Assembly (NCBI GenBank): GCA_022801925.1
Contig: JAAWTG010000003.1
Coordinates: forward strand, 20,611 to 84,610
Length of the DNA stretch: 64,000 nucleotides
Direction: 5' to 3'
Source: Clostridia bacterium
GTDB taxonomy: Bacteria; Bacillota; Clostridia; RUG12999
Below the pieces are notes generated by a model. That model did no database searches. It saw only the letters and a list, made by a program, of their open reading frames with translations, and had not been told where the DNA came from. Each line of letters begins with the position of its first letter. Within the stretch, counting starts at the first letter, position 1. Made by a program: the position numbers and the translations under genes. Below, one piece after another: positions 1-8,858 of the stretch.

Positions 1-1467
1 TACCGGACGATTCAGGTTTCCGGCATAGCAAAAAGTTCGCATACGATTACGGATAAATTGGGCGGAGAAGCGATAGAACTGGATCCGAAAAACATTGATT
101 ATGACGTTATTTTGGAAAAAGACGGTCAGCCTGCGACGTTTGAGTCCATTGAAGTGGACGACATCATTTCCTATGCGGCGTCGTCGGGCAACAAAAAGGG
201 CGTCAAATACGGTATCATTTCTTCCCAAACAGTCACAGGCACTTTGGCGGCAGTTGCGGAGGACAGCGTGACTATCGGCGAGACGGAATATCCGGTTGAC
301 AAGACGCTGCAAGGCAGTCTTTCCGCCGGAGAAGAAGGGGAATTTTATCTGGATTTTAAAGGACGAATTGTTGCGAAAAAGAGCGCGGTAGATGTGGTCT
401 ACGGTTATTTGAACGATTTATATATGGACAATTTCGGGTCGGTGCAGGCACAGATTTTTACGGAAAACGACCATTGGGTAATTTTGAATTTGAACGAAAA
501 AGTAAAATTCAACGGCGCGGGCGGATATCCTTGTAAATCGTTTTATCTGTATTGCACGGAGGAACTGGAGGACTATCGTCAGTTGGTTACCTATACGGTA
601 AGCGACGAGAGAAAGATCAACCGCATTGACTTTGCGCAAAGTTTTGCGGAATATTCGGACGAAGAAGAACGGGCAATTGACGAAAATATCTTCCGGCTGT
701 CACATGCAGAGTCCATGGCGAATTACCGTTCCGGTATGAAAAGTTTTGACAATGCAATCATGCTCAAAGATGATACACGGATTTTCATGGTACCAAGTCA
801 GGAAAAAGGAACGAAAGCAGATTTAGATGATTTTTATATCATAAAGCCGGCGACTTTGGAAGCGGATAAAAAATATTATAATATCAGCGGATACGATATG
901 GATCGGTCGCGGTATGCCAAGGTATGTCTTTTGGTAGGCAACACAATATCCATTGACAAAATGGGCAGCATCATGATTGTGGACAGCATTGGCAAAGGCG
1001 TAGGCACAGACGGCGTTGAAGTGGACGTCATAGCCGGAATGTATAAGGGCGCTATGGTAAAAGTCTATACAAAGGATAAAGAACTGCTGAAAGGTTTTCC
1101 CACGCTTGACAAAGGAGACGTCATTCAATTTTCATTAGATGCGAGCGGCAGTGTTTGCAGGATAGATTTGTGCTATGACTATACGAAAGGAACGCTGCCG
1201 TCTGAAATCTTGACAGGAAATTTATATGGCAGAGGGACGTTCATTGGCGGCGAAGTCTATTATACAGATTATCAAAATCAAAGATTGCTGTTAAACAGCG
1301 GCAGCGGAAAAGCGGTACTTTATACAAATGCCGGCACCAAAGTATATATCTATGACACGCAAACAGAAGAATTTAGCAGCGGAGAATTTTCCGATATCGA
1401 AAAAGGCGGCTATGTGTTTATCAAAACAAATTATTATCGGGCGGACGAAATTATAATATACCGGTAA
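1..1467 (+). CDS. Cell-surface protein, C-terminal part. The CDS enters from upstream of the window (frame 1 is open from base 1; the TTG at 58 is only the first in-window start). Paralog of the C-terminal region of the SLH protein at 51401-54046.
   Basis: Open frame from position 1 with no upstream stop. Colinear similarity to the 881-aa SLH protein, for example VPSQE/ISGYDMDRSRYAKVCLLV against VPETA/ISGYEQQSAYIAELVVIT, and similar C-terminal beta-rich tails. Confidence 0.55.
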   Translation, partial: YRTIQVSGIAKSSHTITDKLGGEAIELDPKNIDYDVILEKDGQPATFESIEVDDIISYAASSGNKKGVKYGIISSQTVTGTLAAVAEDSVTIGETEYPVDKTLQGSLSAGEEGEFYLDFKGRIVAKKSAVDVVYGYLNDLYMDNFGSVQAQIFTENDHWVILNLNEKVKFNGAGGYPCKSFYLYCTEELEDYRQLVTYTVSDERKINRIDFAQSFAEYSDEEERAIDENIFRLSHAESMANYRSGMKSFDNAIMLKDDTRIFMVPSQEKGTKADLDDFYIIKPATLEADKKYYNISGYDMDRSRYAKVCLLVGNTISIDKMGSIMIVDSIGKGVGTDGVEVDVIAGMYKGAMVKVYTKDKELLKGFPTLDKGDVIQFSLDASGSVCRIDLCYDYTKGTLPSEILTGNLYGRGTFIGGEVYYTDYQNQRLLLNSGSGKAVLYTNAGTKVYIYDTQTEEFSSGEFSDIEKGGYVFIKTNYYRADEIIIYR

Positions 1468-1494
1468 GGGGAAACGCCGCTATATATGCGCGTT

Positions 1495-1518
1495 GCAGCA
1501 TTGCAGCATTGCAGCATA
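1495..1518. repeat. Tandem 8-mer repeat gcagcatt x3
   Basis: gcagcattgcagcattgcagcata read directly, just downstream of the stop of the first CDS. Confidence 0.6.
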
Positions 1519-1540
1519 GTTAAAAATCAAATGTATATTT

Positions 1541-1588
1541 CAAACGCCGTTCTTGGGAAGCTGAGGACGGCGTTTGCCATGTTTTTTG
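1541..1588 (+). terminator. Rho-independent terminator of the upstream surface-protein gene
   Basis: 10-bp stem CAAACGCCGT/ACGGCGTTTG followed by a run of six Ts. Confidence 0.75.
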
Positions 1589-1627
1589 ATGATAATGGTT
1601 GGTATAAAAAAGAAATGTTTTTGAATA

Positions 1628-1656
1628 TTGACAAAGTCATAAAATATATGTAAAAT
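1628..1656 (+). promoter_or_regulatory. Sigma-A-type promoter (TTGACA-17-TAAAAT) for the phosphorelay operon
   Basis: Exact -35 hexamer, 17-nt spacer and an AT-rich -10 read in sequence. It sits about 180 nt upstream of the response-regulator ATG. Confidence 0.5.
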
Positions 1657-1837
1657 ATAAGTGACTCAGCAAATCGTAAAACGGTTGAAGACGTGGAGAA
1701 GCAGCGCAAGCCGGCGCAGGATTTGCTGCAATTGCAAGAGGGTTTTTCAATGCAAAATTTATGAAAATATGTGCGATGATACTATCTGTCAAAACAGGGC
1801 GGCGGAACGAAGATATTATGATAATGGAGAAGTGGCG

Positions 1838-2950
1838 ATGAAAAGAAGAGAGGCAGAGAACCAAACCACCGCAAAAAAAGGGATAATGTTGATTGTAGAC
1901 GACAATGAAATCAATAGAGCCATTTTGGAGGAAATATTTAAACGCGAATATGAAATTGAAGAAGCGGAAAATGGACAGGAATGTCTTGAAAAACTGTTTC
2001 AATATAAGGACAGCATTTGTGCAGTGCTCTTGGATATCATGATGCCGGTCATGGACGGACTGGAAGTTTTAAAAATTCTAAACAAAGACGGATTGCTGAC
2101 GCAGATACCGGTGTTTTTGATTACGGCGGAAACAGACAGCCGAACCATTCAGGAAAGTTATGAACTGGGCGTGATGGATATTATTAACAAGCCGGTCATT
2201 CCTTATTTGGTGCAGCGACGTGTGGATTCCGTGGTGGAATTGTTCGAGGCGCGGAAGCGGCTGAATAATATCGTAGCAATACAGCAATCGGAAATCAGCC
2301 ATCAGGCGCAAAAAATCATTGATTTGAATATGGGAATGATTGAGGCGCTTTCCACTGCAATTGAGTTCAGAAGCTGTGAATCGGGGACGCATGTACGGAG
2401 AATTCATGATATTACTTATTATATGCTGGTGCATACAAAGCTGGGAGACGGGCTGACAAAAGAGCAGATTGATTTGATTGCACTGGCAGCTGTGATGCAT
2501 GATGTGGGAAAAATTGCGGTGCCGGACGCAATTTTGAATAAGCCGGGCAAGCTTACGGCTGAAGAGTATGAGATGATAAAAACGCATACGACACAAGGGG
2601 CAAAACTGCTGGAACAAATACCGCAGATGAGAATGCATGAAACCTATGGGTATGCGCATGATATTGCGCTGCATCATCATGAGAGATGGGATGGCGGCGG
2701 ATATCCGGAGGGGCTGAAGGGGAACGAGATTTCTATTTGGGCGCAGATTGTTTCACTGGCGGACGTATATGATGCGCTGGTGAACAAGCGTGTATATAAG
2801 GAAGCGTTTGCCTATGAAAAAGCGCTGGAAATGATTCAGGAGGGACAGTGCGGTCAATTCAATCCGAAGTTGCTTGAACTGTTTGTGCAGTGCGAACCGG
2901 AAATCAGAAAATTCTATGAACAATCAAATGAGGTGACGAACTATGGATAG
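1838..2950 (+). CDS. Two-component response regulator with an HD-GYP c-di-GMP phosphodiesterase output domain
   Basis: REC domain (IMLIVDDNEINR...LLDIMMPVMDG) followed by HD-GYP motifs (HDVGK, HHHERWDGGGYP). The start is chosen at the ATG preceded by GGAGAAG. The long upstream ORF extension (1661) lacks an RBS. Confidence 0.85.
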   Translation: MKRREAENQTTAKKGIMLIVDDNEINRAILEEIFKREYEIEEAENGQECLEKLFQYKDSICAVLLDIMMPVMDGLEVLKILNKDGLLTQIPVFLITAETDSRTIQESYELGVMDIINKPVIPYLVQRRVDSVVELFEARKRLNNIVAIQQSEISHQAQKIIDLNMGMIEALSTAIEFRSCESGTHVRRIHDITYYMLVHTKLGDGLTKEQIDLIALAAVMHDVGKIAVPDAILNKPGKLTAEEYEMIKTHTTQGAKLLEQIPQMRMHETYGYAHDIALHHHERWDGGGYPEGLKGNEISIWAQIVSLADVYDALVNKRVYKEAFAYEKALEMIQEGQCGQFNPKLLELFVQCEPEIRKFYEQSNEVTNYG

Positions 2951-3293
2951 TGTACGGAAACAGAAACTGGAAGAATCCGGCATTGATGTGGACAGCGGCA
3001 TGGCGCGGTTCATGGGAAATGAAGCGCTTTATGAAAAGTTTTTGAAAAAATTTTGCGACGATATAAGCTATGCGGACTTGGTGCAGGCGGTCGCAGACGG
3101 AGACTGTGAAAAAGCGTTTGTTGCCGCGCACACATTAAAAGGCGTTTGCGGAAACCTTTCCATGACAACGCTGGAACAGCTTGTGAGCCGCCAGGTGGAA
3201 TATTTGCGCAGCGGAGAACTTGTACCGGCGGCGGATATGATGCCGGAGATAACAGCTGCATATGAAGATATTATCCACGTTATTGGGAGATGA
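2943..3293 (+). CDS. Hpt (histidine phosphotransfer) domain protein
   Basis: HTLKGVCGNL matches the HxxKG Hpt signature. Its start overlaps the response-regulator stop, indicating translational coupling. Confidence 0.75.
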   Translation: MDSVRKQKLEESGIDVDSGMARFMGNEALYEKFLKKFCDDISYADLVQAVADGDCEKAFVAAHTLKGVCGNLSMTTLEQLVSRQVEYLRSGELVPAADMMPEITAAYEDIIHVIGR

Positions 3294-3323
3294 TAAAAAG
3301 CGGCAAATAGAAGGAGAATGGTG

Positions 3324-5861
3324 ATGGTAAAAAATACGATAGGTTTTTTGAAAATTAGTCTGATTACGATATTGGCGTTATGCATTGGAGTATTTTTATG
3401 CATGACAAACTATATGGTTCGGCAGAGTGACAAGGCAATTAACGACATCGGAGAAATATATATGTCGGCGATGAGTGCCCAACTCAAAATACATTTTGAG
3501 TCCATCATAGATTTGCGGCTTTCACAGGTGGAAGGAATTGTTGAGAGAACACCAACGAATACGGTTACATATGGCGATGAAATGTTGGAAGAATTGACAA
3601 TCAGTGCAGAAGTGCGCGGTTTTACGCATTTAGGGTTGTATCGTGCGGAAGATGGCATTGAATTAATTTATGGAGATGAGTTAGAACTACCGAATGCAGC
3701 GCCGTTTTTTGCATCGCTAAATCATGGAGATGAAAAAGTGGCAACAGCACATGCAAAATCAAGTGAAGACACGTTGCTTTTGGGAATTCCTGCCGATTAT
3801 CCTATGAGAGATGGAAGAAAGAGTACGGCATTAGTTGTTGGAATTCCGCTGAATTATATCAACGAGGCAATGGAACTGGATGTCGGCAATGCGGAGGTAC
3901 ATTCGCATATCATCCAAAAAACCGGAGATTATGTTTTACGTTCTTCTGAAAATGAAGGAACAAGCTATTATGAATATTTAGAAAAGAGTATAATGGAGAG
4001 TGGACAGTCGGGACCGGAAGAAATAAAACGATTGCAGGAAACGCTGCAGACGGGAAACAATTATTCAACGGTTGTTACCATCAGCGGAGAAGAACGTCAC
4101 ATTTATGTCACAGATTTGCCAAACAGTGAGTGGTATATGGTAACGGTTATGCCATATGGTGATTTGGATGCAACCGTTACAAGACTGGGAGACCAACGTA
4201 TCTATTCCACGTTAATCGGAAGCGCAATTATGCTGCTGGCATTACTTAGTGTATTTTTTATCTATTTCAGACTGACGCAGCGGCAGCTGAAAGAACTGGA
4301 AGAAGCGAGAAAACAAGCGGAACGGGCAAATTTGGCGAAAAGTGAGTTTTTGTCAAATATGAGTCACGATATCCGTACGCCGATGAATGCGATTATGGGT
4401 ATGACAGCGATTGCGACAGAAAATATGGATGACGCGGAACGGGTAGCGGATTGTTTGAAAAAGATTTCCGTGTCCGGCAAACACCTTCTGGGGTTGATTA
4501 ATGATGTGCTGGATATGTCAAAAATAGAAAGCGGTAAAATGACATTGAATATCTCTAGGATTTCTCTGAGGGATACAATGGATTCTATTGTGAATATTGT
4601 CCAGCCGCAGGTGAAAGAAAAAAATCAGACGTTTGACATCTTTATCCGCAACGTGATTACGGAAAATGTTTTTTGTGATGGTGTGCGGCTGAATCAGGTG
4701 TTGATTAATATTTTAGGAAATGCAGTGAAATATACACCGGAAGAGGGAGAAGTTCATGTCACCTTTGATCAGGAAGCATCACCAAAGGGAGATGACTATG
4801 TCAGGGTACATTTTCGAATCAAAGATACCGGAATGGGTATGACGCCGGAGTTTTGTAAAAAAATTTTTGATTCCTTTTCACGTGAAGACAGCACCAGAGT
4901 GCAGAAAACAGAAGGAACCGGTCTGGGTATGGCAATCACAAAATATATTGTAGATAAGATGGAAGGCACCATAGAAGTTACAAGTGAACTGAATCAGGGA
5001 AGCGAATTTCATGTTATTTTAGATTTGGAAAAAGCGTCTGAAAAAGAAGAAGATATGCAGCTCCCGGATTGGAAAATGCTGGTGGTAGACGACAATGAAT
5101 TGTTCGGTCAAAGCGCGGTTGATTCACTGAAAGAAATTGGCGTGAGGGCAGAATGGGTAGACGATGGTTTGAAGGCAATTGAAATGGTGAAAGAATGCCA
5201 CAGCCGGCAGGAGGATTATAATATTGTGTTGCTGGACTGGAAGATGCCCGGCATGAACGGCATTGAAACAGCGCGGAAGATACGTAGCCTTGTTGGAGAA
5301 AATGTTCCAATTCTTTTGATTTCTGCCTATGACTGGAGCGAATTTAAAGAGGATGCGTGTGCAGCGGGAATCACTGGTTTCATATCAAAACCGTTATTTA
5401 AATCCACGTTGTATTATGGTCTGAAAAAATTTGTCTGTGACGGAGCGGAAAGTGACGAGATACTGCAAGATGAGACGAAAGACTATACAGGAAATCGGAT
5501 TTTGTTGGCGGAAGATAATGATTTGAACTGGGAGATTGCAAATGAATTGCTGTCCGCTTTTGGTTTTGAAGTGAAGTGGGCGGAAAACGGAAAATTGTGT
5601 GTAGAGGAATTTTGTCAGTCGGCACCAGGATATTATGATGTTGTGCTAATGGACTTAAGAATGCCTGTTATGAATGGTTATGAAGCGGCAAGCGCTATTC
5701 GCGAGACGGAACGGGAGGACTGTGATATTCCGATTATTGCCATGACGGCGGACGCTTTTGCGGAGGATATTCAACGTTGTCTGGACTGTGGAATGAACGC
5801 GCATGTATCCAAGCCAATCGATATGAACGAATTGTTGCATACTTTGGAGAAGTATATCTAA
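3324..5861 (+). CDS. Hybrid sensor histidine kinase with an extracellular sensor domain, HisKA/HATPase core and two C-terminal receiver domains
   Basis: N-terminal TM helix, periplasmic domain and second TM helix. H-box SNMSHDIRTPMNAI, HATPase G-boxes, then two REC domains (MLVVDDNELF...LLDWKMPGMNG and ILLAEDNDLN...LMDLRMPVMNG). RBS AAGGAGA is 6 nt before the ATG at 3324. Confidence 0.9.
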   Translation: MVKNTIGFLKISLITILALCIGVFLCMTNYMVRQSDKAINDIGEIYMSAMSAQLKIHFESIIDLRLSQVEGIVERTPTNTVTYGDEMLEELTISAEVRGFTHLGLYRAEDGIELIYGDELELPNAAPFFASLNHGDEKVATAHAKSSEDTLLLGIPADYPMRDGRKSTALVVGIPLNYINEAMELDVGNAEVHSHIIQKTGDYVLRSSENEGTSYYEYLEKSIMESGQSGPEEIKRLQETLQTGNNYSTVVTISGEERHIYVTDLPNSEWYMVTVMPYGDLDATVTRLGDQRIYSTLIGSAIMLLALLSVFFIYFRLTQRQLKELEEARKQAERANLAKSEFLSNMSHDIRTPMNAIMGMTAIATENMDDAERVADCLKKISVSGKHLLGLINDVLDMSKIESGKMTLNISRISLRDTMDSIVNIVQPQVKEKNQTFDIFIRNVITENVFCDGVRLNQVLINILGNAVKYTPEEGEVHVTFDQEASPKGDDYVRVHFRIKDTGMGMTPEFCKKIFDSFSREDSTRVQKTEGTGLGMAITKYIVDKMEGTIEVTSELNQGSEFHVILDLEKASEKEEDMQLPDWKMLVVDDNELFGQSAVDSLKEIGVRAEWVDDGLKAIEMVKECHSRQEDYNIVLLDWKMPGMNGIETARKIRSLVGENVPILLISAYDWSEFKEDACAAGITGFISKPLFKSTLYYGLKKFVCDGAESDEILQDETKDYTGNRILLAEDNDLNWEIANELLSAFGFEVKWAENGKLCVEEFCQSAPGYYDVVLMDLRMPVMNGYEAASAIRETEREDCDIPIIAMTADAFAEDIQRCLDCGMNAHVSKPIDMNELLHTLEKYI

Positions 5862-5914
5862 TAAAAAATAGTGGCAGAAAATATAAATATATGGTATCGT
5901 CTAAGTAGCAGAAA

Positions 5915-5958
5915 GAAAAAATGCACCGTTCTCTATTGAGAACGGTGCATTTTTGATA
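5915..5958. terminator. Bidirectional rho-independent terminator between the convergent kinase and ABC-transporter genes
   Basis: Perfect hairpin AAATGCACCGTTCTC/GAGAACGGTGCATTT with T-runs on both strands. Confidence 0.75.
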
Positions 5959-6016
5959 GAATTTATAACGAAAAATCTTCTTATAAGCCTATATAAAGTG
6001 GTCTAGAAAGTATGGG

Positions 6017-6170
6017 TAGGCAAACAAAAATCGAATATATTTGCGCCGTGCAGAGAAATTTTTTCGTAAATACGCACCCGTGAACTGTTTTCCATACAAC
6101 TTCGTAGCACACGTACCCTCTAGGGCACACGTACGCCCAGTATTGCAAAGGAACCTTTTCCTTGCCTTAC
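6017..6170. repeat. Copy A of a short intergenic repeat family (cores GACAAACAAAARTCGAAT, CCGTGCAGRGAAAWTTTTTTGTAA, TTGTAAGGCAAGGAAAAG)
   Basis: Shares 17-30-nt blocks with 41594-41660 and 47497-47680, found by direct comparison. Confidence 0.4.
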
Positions 6171-6889
6171 AAAATTTTACTCAAAAAAGATTTGGTGCGT
6201 TCGTTTTGCGGATGCGTGAAAATGTCGTCCGGCGAACCCTGTTCCACAATATTGCCTTCGTCCATAAACAGAACACGGCTTGCCACCTCGCGGGCAAATC
6301 CCATTTCGTGCGTTACAACGACCATTGTCATGCCTTCTGCTGCGAGCTGTTTCATAACAGACAACACTTCGCCGACCATTTCGGGGTCTAGCGCAGAAGT
6401 CGGTTCGTCAAACAACATAATTTCGGGATTCATTGCCAACGCCCGCGCAATACCCACGCGCTGCTGCTGACCACCGGAAAGCTGTTTTGGATAGGCATGG
6501 ATTTTATCGCCTAACCCCACGCGCTGTAGCAACTGGATTGCTTTTTGTTCTGCTTCCGTTTTGGGTAGCAGTTTTAATTTTGTCGGTGCAAGCGTCAGAT
6601 TTCTTAAAACAGTTAAATGGGGAAACAAATTGAAATGCTGAAACACCATTCCCATTTTCTGTCGGACATGATTGATGTTTATTTTGCGGTCGGTGATACA
6701 TTCGCCGTCTATGTATATTTTACCTTCGGAAGGGGTCTCAAGAAGATTCAAACAACGGAGAAATGTTGATTTTCCGGAACCGGAAGGACCAATCACAACC
6801 ACTTTTTCGCCTTGTTTGATGGTTTCGTTGATGCCGCGGAGGACATGGTTGTCGCCAAAACGTTTGTGTAGGTTTTCAACGGTTATCAC
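6167..6889 (-). CDS. Polar amino acid ABC transporter ATP-binding protein (GlnQ/ArtP-like)
   Basis: Walker [10 protein letters not shown], signature LSGGQQQRV, Walker [12 protein letters not shown]. Confidence 0.9.
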   Translation of the reverse strand: MITVENLHKRFGDNHVLRGINETIKQGEKVVVIGPSGSGKSTFLRCLNLLETPSEGKIYIDGECITDRKININHVRQKMGMVFQHFNLFPHLTVLRNLTLAPTKLKLLPKTEAEQKAIQLLQRVGLGDKIHAYPKQLSGGQQQRVGIARALAMNPEIMLFDEPTSALDPEMVGEVLSVMKQLAAEGMTMVVVTHEMGFAREVASRVLFMDEGNIVEQGSPDDIFTHPQNERTKSFLSKIL

Positions 6890-7568
6890 TTGCCCTCATC
6901 CTCCTTTCCAGACGCCGGAATAATCTTGATAAAATTGAGGTAATAATCAGATAAATCAGCGCCACAATGAGAAGCGGTATCAACGCTTCATATGTTTTGG
7001 AGCGGATAATATCGCCCATTTTTGTTAAATCTTCAATGGCAATATAGCCCGCGACGGCTGTTTCTTTCACCAAAACGATAAATTCGTTCGCGTAGGTCGG
7101 CAAAATATTTTTGATAGCCTGTGGCATGATGATATGTACCATTGTCTGACTGTGCGTTAGGCCCAGAGAACGACCGGACTCCATCTGTCCCTTATCCACA
7201 CCCAGAATCCCTGCGCGGATAATTTCCGCCACATAGGCGCCGCTGTTCATACCAAAGGCAATAATGGCAATCAGTGTTTTGTTGATATTCACGCTTGCAA
7301 ACACAACAAAATACATAATAAGAAGCTGTACAACAACAGGCGTACCGCGGATAACATCAATATAAAGACTTGAGAGCCATTTCAAAAACTTCACTTTGGA
7401 AATCTTCATCAGCGCAAACAAAATGCCTAAAACCGTACCCAGAAGCATTGCGCCGAGTGTGATTGTAAGTGTTGTGCCAAGTCCCGACATCAACGCTTTC
7501 CAGCGGTTGCCTTCAATCAACGATGAGTAGATTGCCTTCCATAAATCTGTATTCAAAAACCATTCCAT
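6876..7568 (-). CDS. Polar amino acid ABC transporter permease (HisMQ family)
   Basis: Multi-TM protein with an EAA-like loop. Sits in an operon with the ATPase and binding protein. Confidence 0.9.
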   Translation of the reverse strand: MEWFLNTDLWKAIYSSLIEGNRWKALMSGLGTTLTITLGAMLLGTVLGILFALMKISKVKFLKWLSSLYIDVIRGTPVVVQLLIMYFVVFASVNINKTLIAIIAFGMNSGAYVAEIIRAGILGVDKGQMESGRSLGLTHSQTMVHIIMPQAIKNILPTYANEFIVLVKETAVAGYIAIEDLTKMGDIIRSKTYEALIPLLIVALIYLIITSILSRLFRRLERRMRASDNR

Positions 7569-7644
7569 TTTTAGTCACCTTCTGTAACAGAAGGGCAGAA
7601 ATCATATAGCTGATTTCTGCCCCACTGTATTAAAATTACAGTTT

Positions 7645-8436
7645 TTATTTATCGGCTTTCTTTGTGATAATAACCTGCGTGGAGGTGTAATATCCATCAG
7701 AAAATTCCATGTTTTCTTTTCTTTCGTCTGTCACGGTCATACCTGCAACAGCCATGGTGATTTTTCCGCTGTCTACAGCAACCGGCAGAGAATCAAAGTT
7801 CATATCTTCTACCTGGAATGCCATACCCAAACGTCTTGCAATTTCCTTTGTCATTTCTACGTCAAAACCGACTACAGTACCGGCGTCATCGCGTGTTTCA
7901 AACGGCGGGAAGGAAGCATTTGTACCCATAATCAGCGTTTCACTGCCGGTCGGTTCCGGTTTTTCCGCCAATTTTTTCTGTGCTGCTTCATCTTCTTTCA
8001 GCCAGGCATTTGCAATTTCGTCAAAAGTACCATCAGCTTTCATATCTGCCAGCGCTTTGTTTACTTTTTCAATCAACTCGGTGTTTCCTTTTTTAATTGC
8101 AATTGCATATTCTTCTTGGGTCAGTTCTTCAGGCAGAATGGACAGCGTACTGTTTTTCTCAACAATTTTTTTTGCGGGCAGCTCGTCCAACACAACTGCG
8201 TCAACTTTGCCATTTGCGAGATCCATACCTGCATCCAGCGCGCTTTTGAAACGAGAAATGGTTGCGCTTGCATAGTCCTCGGAAACCAGCGTGTCGCCTG
8301 TAGTACCTTCCTGAACCGCAATTTTTGCGTCCGCAAGGTCTGCAGCTGATTCAATTTTTTTCGCAGTGTTTCCACAGCCTGCAAACAGTCCTAAACAAAG
8401 GACAGCAGCTGCCAGAATGGATAAAGTTTTTTTCAT
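7645..8436 (-). CDS. Amino acid ABC transporter substrate-binding lipoprotein
   Basis: Lipobox LFAGCGN, family-3 solute-binding-protein fold, RBS GGAGGGG upstream. Confidence 0.9.
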   Translation of the reverse strand: MKKTLSILAAAVLCLGLFAGCGNTAKKIESAADLADAKIAVQEGTTGDTLVSEDYASATISRFKSALDAGMDLANGKVDAVVLDELPAKKIVEKNSTLSILPEELTQEEYAIAIKKGNTELIEKVNKALADMKADGTFDEIANAWLKEDEAAQKKLAEKPEPTGSETLIMGTNASFPPFETRDDAGTVVGFDVEMTKEIARRLGMAFQVEDMNFDSLPVAVDSGKITMAVAGMTVTDERKENMEFSDGYYTSTQVIITKKADK

Positions 8437-8858
8437 TGTTTTCCCCTCCAGTTCGTTTTCATTGTGGTGTACAGCGTTTCAATAAAACGCCGCTGTTTAT
8501 GCCGCTGCCGGCGAGGACAGCGGTTTGCATCGCCTTTCGCGGTTGCAACTGTATTTATTGTATCATGTCCGCGAAACGGACTAATATAGTGAAAGCACAT
8601 CGCCGGTTTCGAGCGAAGCAGTAAAACACTTTGGCGGCGCTTTCTAATTCATGAAATCTTCGGACACGTGCCGAAGATTTCATACCCTACAGCGTTCAGA
8701 GTGCCGCATCACGCGGCGCGATGCGCGAGCGCAGAACGCTGTTCAGGGGGATTCCGACAAGGGGGACGGTGTGACGGCGAGTAAAACGAGCCGGAAATAG
8801 TCCCCCTTTCGAGAAAACTCTGTATTTATTGTATCATAGAAAAATGAAAAAATCAATC
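8437..8858 (-). promoter_or_regulatory. 420-nt structured leader upstream of the amino-acid ABC transporter. It contains two copies of an 18-mer with an extended -10-like TGATACAAT, several GC-rich hairpins and a terminator-like element near the RBS. Class not identified.
   Basis: Direct repeat CATGATACAATAAATACAG at 8837-8818 and 8567-8550 (minus strand). 13-bp perfect hairpin at 8651-8683. GGGGGAC...GTCCCCC helix. CGCCG..CGGCG stem followed by TTTTATT about 40 nt before the RBS. Confidence 0.35.

Noticed and set aside
1495-1518. Possible CRISPR or mini-array
   Set aside because: There are only three contiguous 8-nt units with no spacers. It is a simple tandem repeat.
1661-1837. 5' extension of the response-regulator ORF (MTQQIVKRL...)
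   Set aside because: It has no RBS and is rich in Arg and Cys codons typical of a non-coding frame. The REC domain begins right after the ATG at 1838, which has a good RBS.
1657-1837. A second GEMM-like riboswitch in the phosphorelay leader
   Set aside because: There are only loose resemblances (AGCAAATCG, GCGCAAGCC) with the wrong spacing and no GNRA hairpin in the right place. This is insufficient evidence.
6041-6470. Plus-strand ORFs (116 and 102 aa) overlapping the ABC ATPase gene
   Set aside because: They are antisense to a strongly supported ABC ATPase CDS and have no translation signals.
8437-8858. T-box riboswitch hypothesis for the amino-acid transporter leader
   Set aside because: No AGGGTGGNACCGCG T-box core and no recognisable specifier-loop or Stem I distal motifs were found on the minus strand. 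It is kept only as an unassigned structured leader.
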